A stretch of 64,000 nt of DNA from Octopus bimaculoides. Taxonomy: Eukaryota. The stretch lies in assembly GCF_001194135.2 (NCBI RefSeq), contig NC_068987.1:79506497-79570496 (forward strand), read 5' to 3'. Positions within the stretch are counted from its first letter, which is position 1, and every line of letters starts with the position of its first letter. The notes under the pieces were generated by a model, which did not search any database, had not been told where the DNA came from, and worked only from the letters and a program-made list of their open reading frames with translations. A program made the position numbers and the translations under genes. Below, in pieces: positions 37,116 to 50,132 of the stretch.

Positions 37116-37610
37116 TGTACGAAAAGAAAAAACAACAGACGAGGACAGGTGGTGTAAACAACAAAAGGATGTATTAGTATGACGCTCGGGAATACGGAAA
37201 GTCTTTGACGTTTCGAGCTACGCTCTTCAACAGAAAGAATACGGAGACAAGGAGAAAAACACGGAGAAAAAAATTTGAATAGCGTTCAGTCAACGGTCAA
37301 TGAGATATAGATATATATATTGATATATATGTGTTTAAATAATACAGAATGGGACAAGGGCGCAAAACATCCAGACAGTTAGGTGATGCAAGAAAGGGAC
37401 AAAACATTCAGATAGACGATACAAAAAAAAAAAAAACACGGACAGGTCATTCGGAGTTTTCTCTCTTCAGTCGAGATCCAGATTATCCTTGCAATTTCGG
37501 CTGGTTATTCTCGATATTGCTCCAATCTGGCCAGCCCTAAGGAAAAACTAAGCTAAGAGCTAAAGATTCCTTGAAAGAAAGCAGGGAATGTATACAAAAA
37601 CACGGACAAA
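37116..37610 (-). mobile_element. Repeat family E copy carrying a hammerhead-like motif (possible Penelope-derived non-autonomous element)
   Basis: 37349-37610 matches 32818-33050. The adjacent segment 37116-37300 holds the ribozyme-like motif. Linking both parts into one element is inference. Confidence 0.6.
37202..37238 (-). ncRNA. Minimal type I hammerhead ribozyme-like motif with variant core
   Basis: UCUUU-CUGUUGA-A-GAGC(GUA)GCUC-GAAA-CGUC-AAAGA: 5-bp stem I, 4-bp stem II, palindromic ACGU stem III and a GUC site. The core reads CUGUUGA instead of CUGANGA. Confidence 0.65.
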
Positions 37611-37680
37611 TTCAATGGATGTATATTGTATATAGTTAAAATATGTGTATAGGTATGTATCTAAGCATGTATGCCTGTAT

Positions 37681-37870
37681 TACGTGGCCTAGTGGTTAGG
37701 GTTGTACTCAAAGATGTGAGATCGTGGTTTCGGTCCCTGGATCGGGCGGTGCACTGTGCTTTTAAGCAAAATACTTCATATGATTTTACTCTGCGATCAC
37801 TGCGACATCTAATGTGTGGTCCACTGTGAGCCTGCACAGGTCATGTGAATTTGATAGAGGGAGTGAGTTA
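37681..37870 (+). mobile_element. tRNA-derived SINE family C-like, degenerate
   Basis: CGTGGCCTAGTGGTTAGGG A-box, GGTTTCGGTCCC B-box, then TTAAGCAAAATACTTCAT. Confidence 0.6.
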
Positions 37871-38013
37871 ATATATACACAGTACATATGTATATATATT
37901 TATGTATGTGTGTGTGTGTATTTATAAATGTATATATATATTATGCATATAGTAATTTAGAAGTATGCATATAAAGAAATATAGGCACGCACACACGCAC
38001 GCACGCACACACA

Positions 38014-38072
<59 letters not shown>

Positions 38073-38519
38073 NNNNNNNNNNNNNNNNNNNNNNNNNNNN
38101 NNNNNNNNNNNNNNNNNNNNNNNNNNNNNNNNNNNNNNNNNNNNNNNNNNNNNNNNNNNNNNNNNNNNNNNNNNNNNNNNNNNNNNNNNNNNNNNNNNNN
38201 NNNNNNNNNNNNNNNNNNNNNNNNNNNNNNNNNNNNNNNNNNNNNNNNNNNNNNNNNNNNNNNNNNNNNNNNNNNNNNNNNNNNNNNNNNNNNNNNNNNN
38301 NNNNNNNNNNNNNNNNNNNNNNNNNNNNNNNNNNNNNNNNNNNNNNNNNNNNNNNNNNNNNNNNNNNNNNNNNNNNNNNNNNNNNNNNNNNNNNNNNNNN
38401 NNNNNNNNNNNNNNNNNNNNNNNNNNNNNNNNNNNNNNNNNNNNNNNNNNNNNNNNNNNNNNNNNNNNNNNNNNNNNNNNNNNNNNNNNNNNNNNNNNNN
38501 NNNNNNNNNNNNNNNNNNN

Positions 38520-38563
<44 letters not shown>

Positions 38564-41099
38564 GTGTGTATATATATATATATATCTTTATATATACATA
38601 TGGACGATTGGACAAGCGAAAGAAAATTGGACATCCTCCATATTTACGCTGTTATTTACATGACTTAAAAATCATACTCATTCACGGGCATCGTTCTTGA
38701 CATTTAGAATGAGTTACCTATACTATTTTTCAAAACCTAACTTTGATGACTCCTCCGTTTCGTATCTTTCTGCATTGTATGCTGTATAGAAGTAAAAAGG
38801 CTACATGTTCGCATTAATGCGCATCCTCATCATTATACTATACGGTTGTATATTCACAAAGTAATGCAAATAAAGAAAGCAAGTACATCAGATAACAGGA
38901 TACATGTTGGTTACACCAAGAGTTTCCTTTTCAGACAAATTGACGTTTCTAATATTGCAATAAATTATTTTGGCCTGTTACATAGCTATTTTCTAAGCTC
39001 ATTTAGATACAGCAACTTCTTAAATGAAAATATCAGTAAGGATTATTTATAGTTCACTTAAAATCATCGCTGATTCAATAGGTTTTAAGCATAACAAGTA
39101 AGTCGGTACTTGAATTCTTGCCTAATTATAACATCACTTCTTCTCTTTAGAACGACAACAACCCCATTAAGTAGCGTAATATTGAGAGCTAAATCCTTCT
39201 CCACTGAAATTGAATTTGGTTTTTCAGTCAACTGGTTTAAAAACTGGTATATTTAACATCAACTCTCATTCTAACATCCAGAACACAGAAACATCACGTT
39301 CTCTAAATCTGTTTGAATTCATAGGACAAAAAGCGAAAAGTTAAATGAATTGGTAATCATTTCTTACATCAACTTCTAAAAATTCCAAGGTATTCCAGCA
39401 GATAATTCCAACATCCCAACAAAATGAATTTATACTTTAAAGATGTCTAAAGTAATTTGAGTGCGCTGGTATTCGACATTTTTTTTTTTTACTAATTAAG
39501 ACAATTTACAAATACAAGCAAGAAAAAACTTGTGGATTTTTATACCATGACCGTCCACAGAATCGTTTTACAAGAAATATTCTACATACACGTTTTAAGA
39601 AAAGCTTCACATGAAAGTCTGTCATTAATATTCACAACTTGCGCGTGTTATATGTACTGGGTTGTCAACTAAATCTGTTCGTTTTCTTTAAGTTGGCGAT
39701 CCATCAACATATTTCTGAAGCGAGGTAAAACTCATTCAAATTTCAAAAGTAATATTTAAATATTTTCGGAGCGAAATAGAGCTATATATACTATAAGGCT
39801 CTACAACAGAAGTATTTTTTGTGGTTATTTACAGAACACTGGAAACGAATAAATTAAATGTTAAAAAAAAAAGCAAAAAAGCAACGTATTTATCGGACAC
39901 GCCAAATCTATTGTTATTTTAAACTTTCATATTTACTTTTAAAATCATTGTTATTTTGTTCCTTTCTCCATATACATTTTATGACCCCTACCTATCTCCC
40001 GTATTATTTCCAATTCCTTTATTAATTAAGCTTTTAATTCGTTGTTTAATTCCTTAATTTCTAAAATCTTAATAATTCCTAAGTTCCAAATTTAACCAAC
40101 AATAATGTTGAATTCATCATCAAAATTTTAATTACTCATTAATTTTCACATCTAATAAATATTGCGTACACGCTCACTCCATAATAGCAATGGGTGTATT
40201 TCAGATTATAAGAATTTCTTTAGTTATTTACTTATAAGCAAAGGATTTCTTTACTTATGATAAATCTTACTGTTAATGTTTAGCCTTTGGTCAGCTGTGA
40301 TAGATCGTATACATGATCAAATGCACACCGGTCAGATGCACAATGCCTTTATGCTTTTGCTATAGACGGCATATTTCCTACTATATCATCCAATAGACAC
40401 TTCCTTTCTTTTCAAGTCAGTAAGGAGTGAATTTTGAAGGAAATTTGATTTGATTTCTATTCTTCGCAGATGCATCAACTGTTTTGTCGTAGATATGTAG
40501 ATATGTTTTGTCGTAGATATGTAGATAAGTAGATATGTTTAAATCTAGCTAGATAATATGTTGAAAAAGCCGGTTGACTGGTTGTTAAGTCGTTAGAGTA
40601 TGGGATAAAATGCAATTCTCTGTGTCTAAATCAGACCTAAGTCATTTTTGCATTTTCTCATTTCAAACTCATTAAAATGCAAGCACCGACTACTGGCACA
40701 GCTCTGTCTGCTTCTAGCTATAATATTCGTCATGTTTATCTAGGTCAACGATAGGAGTGTCGAGAAGGTGTCCCTGTTTGCTCGTGACTATAGAGAGAGC
40801 CTAAAATCATTAGCGTAACCTTGCTACATGCTGTCAAGATATTCTCGATTCCAAGTGGCGGCCGCATATACATTGATAGCTGATAATGGTAGAACGCTGG
40901 ATCTTATGGGACACGATACGTCGCCCTCGATTTGCAAACACAAACATTCCCTTATCATAGGTCAGTTGTGTTAGTGTCGTTGCCCCTCTATAACAAAATT
41001 AAAATCAAAGAAATATAATTATGTCTATGTGGATATCGCTTAGTTAATTATAAATGGTATCAAATTCTGACACCAGAACAGCAATTTTAGAGGAACGGC

Positions 41100-41235
41100 T
41101 AAATCATTTATGTCACCCATCCAACTCCCTACTCACCCGGTTCTTATTTTTATCGAACTCGAAAGGATGAAAGAAAGTATCGAACTCAGTATCATCTAAA
41201 CTCAAAATTTAACGGTGGACGAAATGCCGCTAAAC
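41100..41235 (-). mobile_element. SINE family B, degenerate
   Basis: TTTTTATCGAACTCGAAAGGATGAAAG..GACGAAATGCCGCTAA. Confidence 0.6.
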
Positions 41236-41243
41236 AATCCTGG

Positions 41244-41534
41244 GGTTGTGAGTTCGATTCCCAGACCGGGCTGTGTTGTGTTCTTGAGCAAGATACTTTA
41301 TTTCAGGTTGCTCCAGTTAACTCAGCTGTAGAAATGAGTTGCGACACCATTGGTGCTAATTTGTATCGACCTTTGTCTTTCCCTTGGTTAACAACAGTGG
41401 CATCGAGAGGGGAAGCTGGTATGCATGTTCGACTGCTGGTCTTCCATAAACAACCTTGCTCGGACTTGTGCCTAGGAGGGTAACTTTCGAGGTGCAATCC
41501 CTTGGTCTCTCATGACCGAAGGAGGTCTTTACCC

Positions 41535-41535
<1 letters not shown>
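41244..41535 (+). mobile_element. SINE family C, 5'-clipped
   Basis: GGTTGTGAGTTCGATTCCCAGACCGGGC..TTCTTGAGCAAGATACTTTATTTC; matches the reverse complement of 54582-54898. Confidence 0.85.
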
Positions 41536-41584
<49 letters not shown>

Positions 41585-42123
41585 ATGTAACAAGAAAGTC
41601 AGGTTTGATCATACCACTTGACCCCAGGCTAAGCAATGACCAAAGCAACAGCAAAAATATCAAAGTAATCAAAGACCTCAAAACCTTTGAAGGTAAAGAG
41701 TAACGCTTTCTGTATTTGGCTGTGAGAATTCTATAAAACACTTCAATAAGAAATATGCAGGAAAAAAAAATCGATATCTAATTTTCGCATTTATTGAATT
41801 ACACTGAATATTTTGCTTTTTCCGAATTCTTTGCTTTTCCAGAAAGTATGTATTTATTTGTCTGTTTGTTTATTATTCATTAATGATTATAATTTTACAT
41901 GGTAATAAAACATTTGAATCTTTCGTCTGAATTATATCTAGTCAACACACATTATTTTTTCTCTTTGATTATAATAGTTTTAGCGTTTATCATTTGCTGT
42001 TTGGCGGGAACGCTCCTAAAATTGGCAATGAAGATAAGATAAAAATATGCAAATCAAAAATAAAAAAGACAAGAATTTCATGAATGTAAACCAAATAGTA
42101 TCGGCGTGTGTGCGTATATGTAT

Positions 42124-42279
42124 GGAGTGGTTGTGTAGTAAGTAACTTGCTTACCAACCACATGGTACTGGGTTCAGTGCCATTGCGTGGGATCTTGGGC
42201 AAATGTCTTCTACTGTAGCCTCGAGCCGACCAGTGCCTTGTGAGTGGATTTGGTAGACGGAAACTGAAAGAAGCCCGTC

Positions 42280-42327
<48 letters not shown>

Positions 42328-42548
42328 ATATGTATGTATGTATCTGTGTGTCTGTGTTTGTCTCCCACCATCGCTTGACAACCAATGTTGGTGTGTTTAC
42401 GTCTTCGTGACTTTGCGGTTCCGAAAAAGTGACCGATAGTATAAGTACTAGACTTACAAAGAATAAGTCCTGGAGTTGATTTGTTCGACTAATGGTAAAG
42501 CTCCAGCATGGACGCTGTCAAATGACTGAAACAAGTAAAAGAATAGAA
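42124..42548 (+). mobile_element. SINE family A, near full length with internal (TA)n tract
   Basis: tRNA-like head GGAGTGGTTGTGTAGTAAG..GGGTTCAGTGCCA, central microsatellite, tail ATGACTGAAACAAGTAAAAGAATA. Confidence 0.92.
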
Positions 42549-42649
42549 GAATTTCCCCGCGATATATGAAAATCCGCGAAGTAGAAACGGTACTGTACTG
42601 TATATTTTCTTTTACTATTTTCATAATTTGTATGTATTTATCTATAATA

Positions 42650-43195
42650 CATTTGAAGTCAGTTTGAATCTTGCTTGCTTGCAATCTTACCCAGCGAAAT
42701 TGGTTCATAATGGGAATATCCTATGAATTAAGCTTACCCTGAAATGTTAATACAAGCGGAATAAAACACGTTTCGTGTAAATCGGACAAGTAGTTTTAGA
42801 GATATTAGAGGTCTCCGGGTACAAATACCCAAAACGGTGTAATCTTAATCCTGAAAAGAGAGAAACTTTTATCATTCGATTAGCCACTGTGACTTGACAA
42901 CGAAATAATACGTGTTTTTACAGTAAATGTTTCGGTTTATGCTTTTGTTAAACCCAATATTTTAATCATTTAGAAATATTTTTAAGTGAAAGTGATTTCA
43001 AAATTGTAAGTTGTTTGCACAGTAAGTATTTATATTTTAGCTTTCTTTTAAGAGACAATATTTTATTGATTTTCAAAAATGATTTTCAAGTGAATAGCAT
43101 TACAAAATTTCTTTTAGTATATTAAAAACATATTTTAAAGTGAAAATGACTTTAAAAATACAGTAAATATTTCGTCAAAGACTCGTTCCTAGCCA
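42650..43195 (+). repeat. Unclassified ~530-bp AT-rich interspersed repeat, copy 2
   Basis: Colinear with 4632-5160, with an extra block of about 40 bp near 42890-42930. Confidence 0.8.
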
Positions 43196-43237
43196 TAGGT
43201 TTTTTCGATCGCATTCAGCGTATCTCACCTCCGGAGT

Positions 43238-43346
43238 TTTGGCTGCTATTTCTAGCATTCCCCGCTACCACGTAACAGCTATTTGAGATAAAGGACCCGA
43301 AATACCTGTTACGTGGTAGCAAAGCGAGCAAGAAATAGCAGCCAAA
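43238..43346. repeat. 109-bp two-stem inverted repeat
   Basis: TTTGGCTGCTATTTCT / AGAAATAGCAGCCAAA (16 bp perfect) and GCTACCACGTAACAG / CTGTTACGTGGTAGC (15 bp perfect) around a 27-nt loop. Confidence 0.88.
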
Positions 43347-44012
43347 TCTTTTATTTTAGAGGGAAAGGAGCCATTTACGCGTGATTTCGATATCACATTC
43401 GTTGGAATCATGCAAACTAAACTGGGAACAAAAAAAAAACTCACGAAATAAAAGTCCGTTGTTAGGAAACTCAGAGTTTCCCGGTGACCCAACTTACCAT
43501 CGTCAACTCGATACCTTAGCCACTAAGCCACGTGCCTTCACACACATATATATATATAAACTCANNNNNNNNNNNNNNNNNNNNNNNNNNNNNNNNNNNN
43601 NNNNNNNNNNNNNNNNNNNNNNNNNNNNNNNNNNNNNNNNNNNNNNNNNNNNNNNNNNNNNNNNNNNNNNNNNNNNNNNNNNNNNNNNNNNNNNNNNNNN
43701 NNNNNNNNNNNNNNNNNNNNNNNNNNNNNNNNNNNNNNNNNNNNNNNNNNNNNNNNNNNNNNNNNNNNNNNNNNNNNNNNNNNNNNNNNNNNNNNNNNNN
43801 NNNNNNNNNNNNNNNNNNNNNNNNNNNNNNNNNNNNNNNNNNNNNNNNNNNNNNNNNNNNNNNNNNNNNNNNNNNNNNNNNNNNNNNNNNNNNNNNNNNN
43901 NNNNNNNNNNNNNNNNNNNNNNNNNNNNNNNNNNNNNNNNNNNNNNNNNNNNNNNNNNNNNNNNNNNNNNNNNNNNNNNNNNNNNNNNNNNNNNNNNNNN
44001 NNNNNNNNNNNN

Positions 44013-44043
<31 letters not shown>

Positions 44044-44474
44044 CCGACAGACAGGGAAAGACATATTTGAGAGTAACTGATCAGCTAGATACAGTCTCTT
44101 AATACAGGTCCATATTCGAAGGCTTGTCTCCGTCTAGCGAACGACTTGAGTAACAGTACATCTCTACATTCATTTGTATAAGAGTGGCATTTCGTTGAAT
44201 AGGCGCGTATTTAGACCAGGAGGTGTTTTTGTTGTATGAGTACACGTGTGCCTGAATCAAACTTTATATGTTTTCTTATGTATATAAGTGAGTATTTTGT
44301 GGAATCAATATATACGTTCTCGATTGTGTCCGTAACTGCAGCTACAATTAATTCTATTATATATATATACATATACATTTTTATTTATTGGGGAACGTCC
44401 TCTACTAGAAATGATGTGGCGTGTCCATTGAAATACACACACACACACCGACACACAGTCAAACACTCAAACAC

Positions 44475-44553
<79 letters not shown>

Positions 44554-44570
44554 CACACGCACACAAATGT

Positions 44571-44606
<36 letters not shown>

Positions 44607-45998
44607 NNNNNNNNNNTTGTGAGCGTGTTATTGCTTCCGAGTGTATTTTAGTATGTATGTGCCAATATATATGTATATATATATATACAGTGTACGCTTA
44701 TATGCATACCCATATATGTACATGTGTCTCTATATGTATGCGTATAATTTGTGTGTGTATATGTGTGTGTGTGTATGTTGATGATTGAACAACAGTCTAT
44801 TCAGTTGGTTGTAAAAGGAGTGATTATATGTAAACAGGAAAAATCTAGAAAGGGCAGATGAAGAGAGGAACGGTAGATAAAAATCCCACGATGTCATGAC
44901 TACACCGAACGCTTCTGGCATGTAAGCCTTTGCTATGTAATAACTAATAGAATGCGTATAACGAAGCTAATAGAATTGACATTTGCTGCAGTACAGAAGA
45001 CATGGTTGCTGCCAGCCCGAAAAATTAACATGCAGAAATCTACAACGAATGCCTCCAGATACCCGTATCAGCCTACAATTAGAGTAATAATGTGATTTCA
45101 AATCTTGCAACTGCAGTAAAGACAATCGTGAGTCATTTTTTTCTTGTCTTTCTTTACTTAGTTTATATATTTATCTTTAACTTTCTTATTTGTGTTCCTC
45201 TTTCTTCCTTTCCTTCTTTCTTTCTTCCACATTTTTTTTCTTATATTTATTTAGTTTTCTGTTATTTTTTTTGTTTTCAAAATTTTTCCCCCTAAGGGGA
45301 TGTAGCGACACAATTCCAACAAGAATTTGTAGCGGATGGAATATTTCAGACAAGTTCAAAAGTTCTATTTTTGGTATAAAATTAGGGCATTCGAAAGTAA
45401 TATATTATCTTTAGAATGGTGAGGGTTTTTAGAGCAAAAAAAAAATCAAAAAAAAAGAAACAAACAAAAAGAAAGAAAAAAAAAGAAAGCAAGAAAAAGA
45501 AAAAAAAAAGAAAAAGAAGTGTATTATTTGGTTTGTTATGAAAGTTGAGCTGCTGCATATCATTCTTGGTCGGTGTGAAATCACTTCGCTTATGCTGCAG
45601 AATGTTCTTGCTAAATTAAGTATGGATATCACAGCATACTATTTCTCATTGTCTGAAAATTAGAAGAACTTATAGCTAATCAATAGAAGCTAATAGTTTT
45701 AATCGCGTGTGCATGTGTGCGCATATGCATGCGCCTGTGTGTGTGCGTGCGTGTACGTCAGAGAATGAGACCTAATTCTTTACATTGGCCAAAAGCGCAT
45801 CAAGCTTTCAGTCAGCGATTTATAATTTTCTTTTGTTGTCTTTTTTACTAGGCCATTAAGTCTTATAGGGAAAAAATATAACAATTACGTCCGTAATTTA
45901 TTCGTCTGATGACAAGATCTCCACGTGGTCGCACGACCAAGAAATACTAGTTTAATCGCCCTCAAAGTGTATCCTACCGCCTTACTTTAGACAAAAGT

Positions 45999-46378
45999 GG
46001 AGGTGCAATGGCCCAGTGGTTAGAGCAGCGGACTCACGGTCATAGGATCGCAGTTTCGATTCCCAGACCGGGCGTTGTGAGTGTTTATTGAACGAAAACA
46101 CCTAAAGCTCCACAAGGCTCTGGCAGGGGATGGTGGTGAACCCTGCTGTACTCTTCCACCACAAATTTCTCTCACTCTTACTTCCTGTTTCTGTTGTGCC
46201 TGTAATTCAAAGGGTCAGCCTTGTCACACTGTGTCACGCTGAATATCCCTGAGAACTACGTTAAGGGTACGCGTGTCTGTGGAGTGGTCAGCCACTTGCA
46301 CGTTAATTTCACGAGCAGGCTGTTCCGTTGATCGGATCAACTGGAATCCTCGACGTCATAAGCGACGGAGTGCCAACA
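45999..46378 (+). mobile_element. SINE family D, full length
   Basis: GGAGGTGCAATGGCCCAGTGGTTAGAGCAGCGGACTC head; direct repeat TTTAGACAA at 45986-45994 and 46380-46388. Confidence 0.93.
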
Positions 46379-49074
46379 GTTTAGACAACGATAAATCGGA
46401 TAACGTAGCGTTAGGATAACCCCTAAAATCTCTGGTTGATCACGGAAGAACATCTTTAATCGTAAGTTGATTCCGTCTAAAAAGCAACTCATCCATTATT
46501 TATAGAGCAAAAAGAAAGCAATGTTTGAAATGATAAATACTACATATGATATGCGTTCCAAAGATGGATATCAAGCTGTCGATTGGCCTTCATCTCTGAT
46601 ATGGGATTGATTCTCTGTTGAATATTTTACTTGACACACTAGGACGAGTCCTACATGGTCGACGAGAATAGCTTAGAGAGAAATGTACTCGTTTTACTTA
46701 TTCTTGGTACACATCACCCTTATAAAAATAATAATAATAATAATAATAAAACCTGACGTAGTGACTTAATGACCCATTAAAAATTTCGGTACGTTTCATT
46801 TTCCATTTAAATATCTTACCGAATTATATCCCAGTGGACGTTTGTGAATATATGAAGCGTGAAAAATCTTAATTGGGATGACATTTCTAGAAAATTAATC
46901 ACAACTCTCTAATTGTGAAATTAATTAACATACTGGTTCTACTAACTTAATGAATTATGTCATTTTTCTTTCTACCAATATAAAAGCTCGATTAAATCCT
47001 AATTTGTGGTGGTAATTTTAAATTTATCGGCTTTAATGTTTTGAAGGCAGATACAAATTACTTTAACATATACCATTCATGTCAGAAAATAGAGTGATTA
47101 AAAGTTGGGACCTTTTGTATATTGATTTCTTCTATCTAGTAACGAAGCTAAAAATGTTGCATCAGTAAACGCATAGATAATTGAATGGAATCCAGCATAT
47201 AACTGGTACGTGTTTTTATTGATTTTCTATGATGGAAAATAAATTTAACGGCACACGATTTGAAGTGAGAACCTAATAAAAAAAAAGATACATTTAGACG
47301 TCACTCGCAAGTCTGTACGTTTTGGCAAAGTGTATCATAGTTTTGGTAATTGTCTTAAGTGCAGATATAGACACCTTTTCAGTTCCTGGTCTTTCTTGAC
47401 CCGCGGATCATCAGGAATGGAACAAGTGGAGGGAGAAAAACCTTTACCAACACTCGGCTGGTATTCATTTATAGGTGGAGGGATCAGAACAAATTTGAAT
47501 GATCAGCTTTGCTCAAGATCACGGCGTGCTACCCAATCTGTATGAATATGCTTTATTTAAATTTTATTGGCATTGAAAACGCTCTTCTTCCCACTCACTT
47601 TACTTGCCTAAGTGTTTACCCCATCATATTTTTCAGTAATTTTGCTCAACAATGAAACTTATTGCTACACTAATTCGATATTTAATCCTGGCAGGACCAC
47701 AGGTAAAGTGCCTACCCAGTAAAAGAGGGCTGCCATAGAAGAGAATAAGTCACAATAAGACAATATGGAACTTAAATAACAAAAAGAATGACGTCTTGTT
47801 CTTAATTTCCTCATTACTGTCAGCTCTGATGCTATTGGTGCTTTTATAGAAAGCGTCATGAGATAATTCATATTATTATCTCCCTTGTTTCGACAAGTTT
47901 AGTATGAAACAGGCTATCATTAACTACCACTACTGGTTAAAGACTGGTTTTAAACTACATGCCAAGACCAAGTAAAATGTTATAGGTACACAACATTTAC
48001 GCAGTGGCATGTTTTATATCAGTGATGAATCAAATTATCTCGCAGAATAATCTTACCAGATGCGATAACTCTTCGGAATATTGTTACAGAAATTTAAAGA
48101 GAATATAATTCTGTGTGAGAAACCAAAAACAATTTATCAAGGAAAAACTATTTGCGGTAGAAAAAAACCCCTGTATATTAATTTTTATTATTTTTTTCTT
48201 TTTTTTTTGAAATTGCCAAATAACACCTGATTTCCGAGAGAAAATTTCCACTTAGAAATTCTTAAAATGACTACTTTTAAAACAAACTTCAGAAAGTAAC
48301 GTGGCTGTTAGTTTGTTGCAGAACGTTGGGGACTGGTTTGTTTAGTTATTCTCGAAACACAAGATCCTTAGTTTTGTTGTATCTCGGAAAGGTCTTTATG
48401 ATAATAATAATAAGCACACGCACTGGTTAAATGAAATGTGTCAATTTTCCCATTACTCAAAAAGCCGTTGCATATTTTGTAACTGCTTAAATCAATACAG
48501 AAAACCTGCTTGTTTTCCACTATAGATAACCACATTCCCTTTAAAGCTAAGGCGGAGGTGTTAAGCATTGTTCAAGTGAAGCATAATCCTGAAGAGGGCG
48601 CAAGGTGGCACAATATGGGATCGATCTCGGAACCACATTTTATGAAGCCAATTTCCTAACCACAAATCTATGACTGCAGAAAAGTGACATTATATTTGAT
48701 TTAGTAACTCCGCGATGTTGGATTCAGTCTCAGTGCACGCCTCTGAATGAATATATCTATCACAACCTTGGTTCAGGCAAAATCTGTGAATGAAATCTGC
48801 TATGCATAAGTTGTGTGGAGACCGGTCGGGGTGGGGACTGATACTTTTAGATCTTAGAATGAATTATTTGCTTGATTTCACAATGTTACTACCCCCTTAG
48901 TGCTTGAACAGAGTTCATTTTGTTACAGGCATCTGAGCCTTATCTTCAGACGGGCGATAAATTCATCCCTTCCCTCCATGATTCTCAGAGAACCTGAAAA
49001 GTGATGTGAATGCTGATCTTCTGACGAAATTATGTGAAGAAAGCAGCACTATGGTCATCCTGTATGCTTTTTTT

Positions 49075-49530
49075 TACCTACTTCTTACTTAAGTCTTATT
49101 GTCCACTTGGGCATTGGAGATCGACCACTTTTCGCCACTCTTTCTAACTCTAGAGGTTTTATTTACTTCTCTTGCGTTGGATAACGGCTGCTGCAGTTTT
49201 GTCTTTCGAATCTTGCTGCATCACGCCACATGTTTCCATGAGGAAAGGCCTACCTCTCCCAGGTCTAGTTGGTTTTAAACTGTCATCGACCCTTACATAA
49301 CTTTGCATTTTCTTGGAAAAGGAGTGACCTTAGGCAGACCCATTTTTAACTCTGAGAAGAGTGTGGGGGGAGGTCGATATTAGTCTGGCCTCTATCATTT
49401 TACCTGTCCAGCATGTGTGGCCCTTTCTAGTGCTTGCCTCCTGCTAGCATAGCTCTCGGGGCCACTGAGACGAACAAAACACCTCATCGCAGCAAGCATT
49501 GGACATTGTAACAATACATGCTTCCTTATT
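49075..49530 (-). mobile_element. RTE-like LINE deletion derivative (5' UTR-like segment joined to the ORF 3' end)
   Basis: Minus strand gives KPTRPGRGRP then KEWRKVVDLQCPSGQ* followed by TAAGTAAG, as in RTE C-termini. 49400-49520 (GCTAGCATAGCTCTCGGGGCCACTGAGAC) resembles reverse-complemented RTE leaders. Confidence 0.55.
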
Positions 49531-50033
49531 TCGCTTAGGCTTTCATATTGCTGTATAGATGTATATGGGAGGTCAAGGGGGCAAAGCAAATGCAAGTGCA
49601 CATTTGTGAGCGTGTGAATATATACGTTCGTGAGTGTGTATGTGTGTGTATGTGTGTGTGTGCGTGCTTGTTTGTTTGTGTGTGCGCATTGTGTTTGAAT
49701 ATGAAATAGATGCTTTACGCAGAATAGTTGATTCTGTAATATAAATAACAGGAAGTATTCAACTTGAAAGCATGCGTCCAGTGTTGAAGTATTCTTGAAT
49801 CTGTAAAGTTATGTATTTAATTCCAGAAATAAATGATGAATAAATGTGACATTTTATTTTCTCTGTAATACACGTCCTCACTTTGGAAAATCACTGTCAT
49901 CATACGTTGATTTCCATTATCTTAATTGGAATGTTGAGTAAGCATTGTCACTTCCGCGCGTTTAGCGGTGTTGTAACACTCCTCCATTACCACTACTCTT
50001 AGTCGACATCACACAGAGACAGACACACACACA

Positions 50034-50035
<2 letters not shown>

Positions 50036-50131
<96 letters not shown>
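50036..50131. repeat. (CT)n microsatellite
   Basis: Read directly. Confidence 0.98.

Positions 50132-50132
<1 letters not shown>

Noticed and set aside
40480-40535. 24-bp tandem duplication; also 14-bp x3 at 8885-8930 and 17-bp x2 at 56620-56655
   Set aside because: Ordinary slippage products with no spacer structure; not CRISPR-like.
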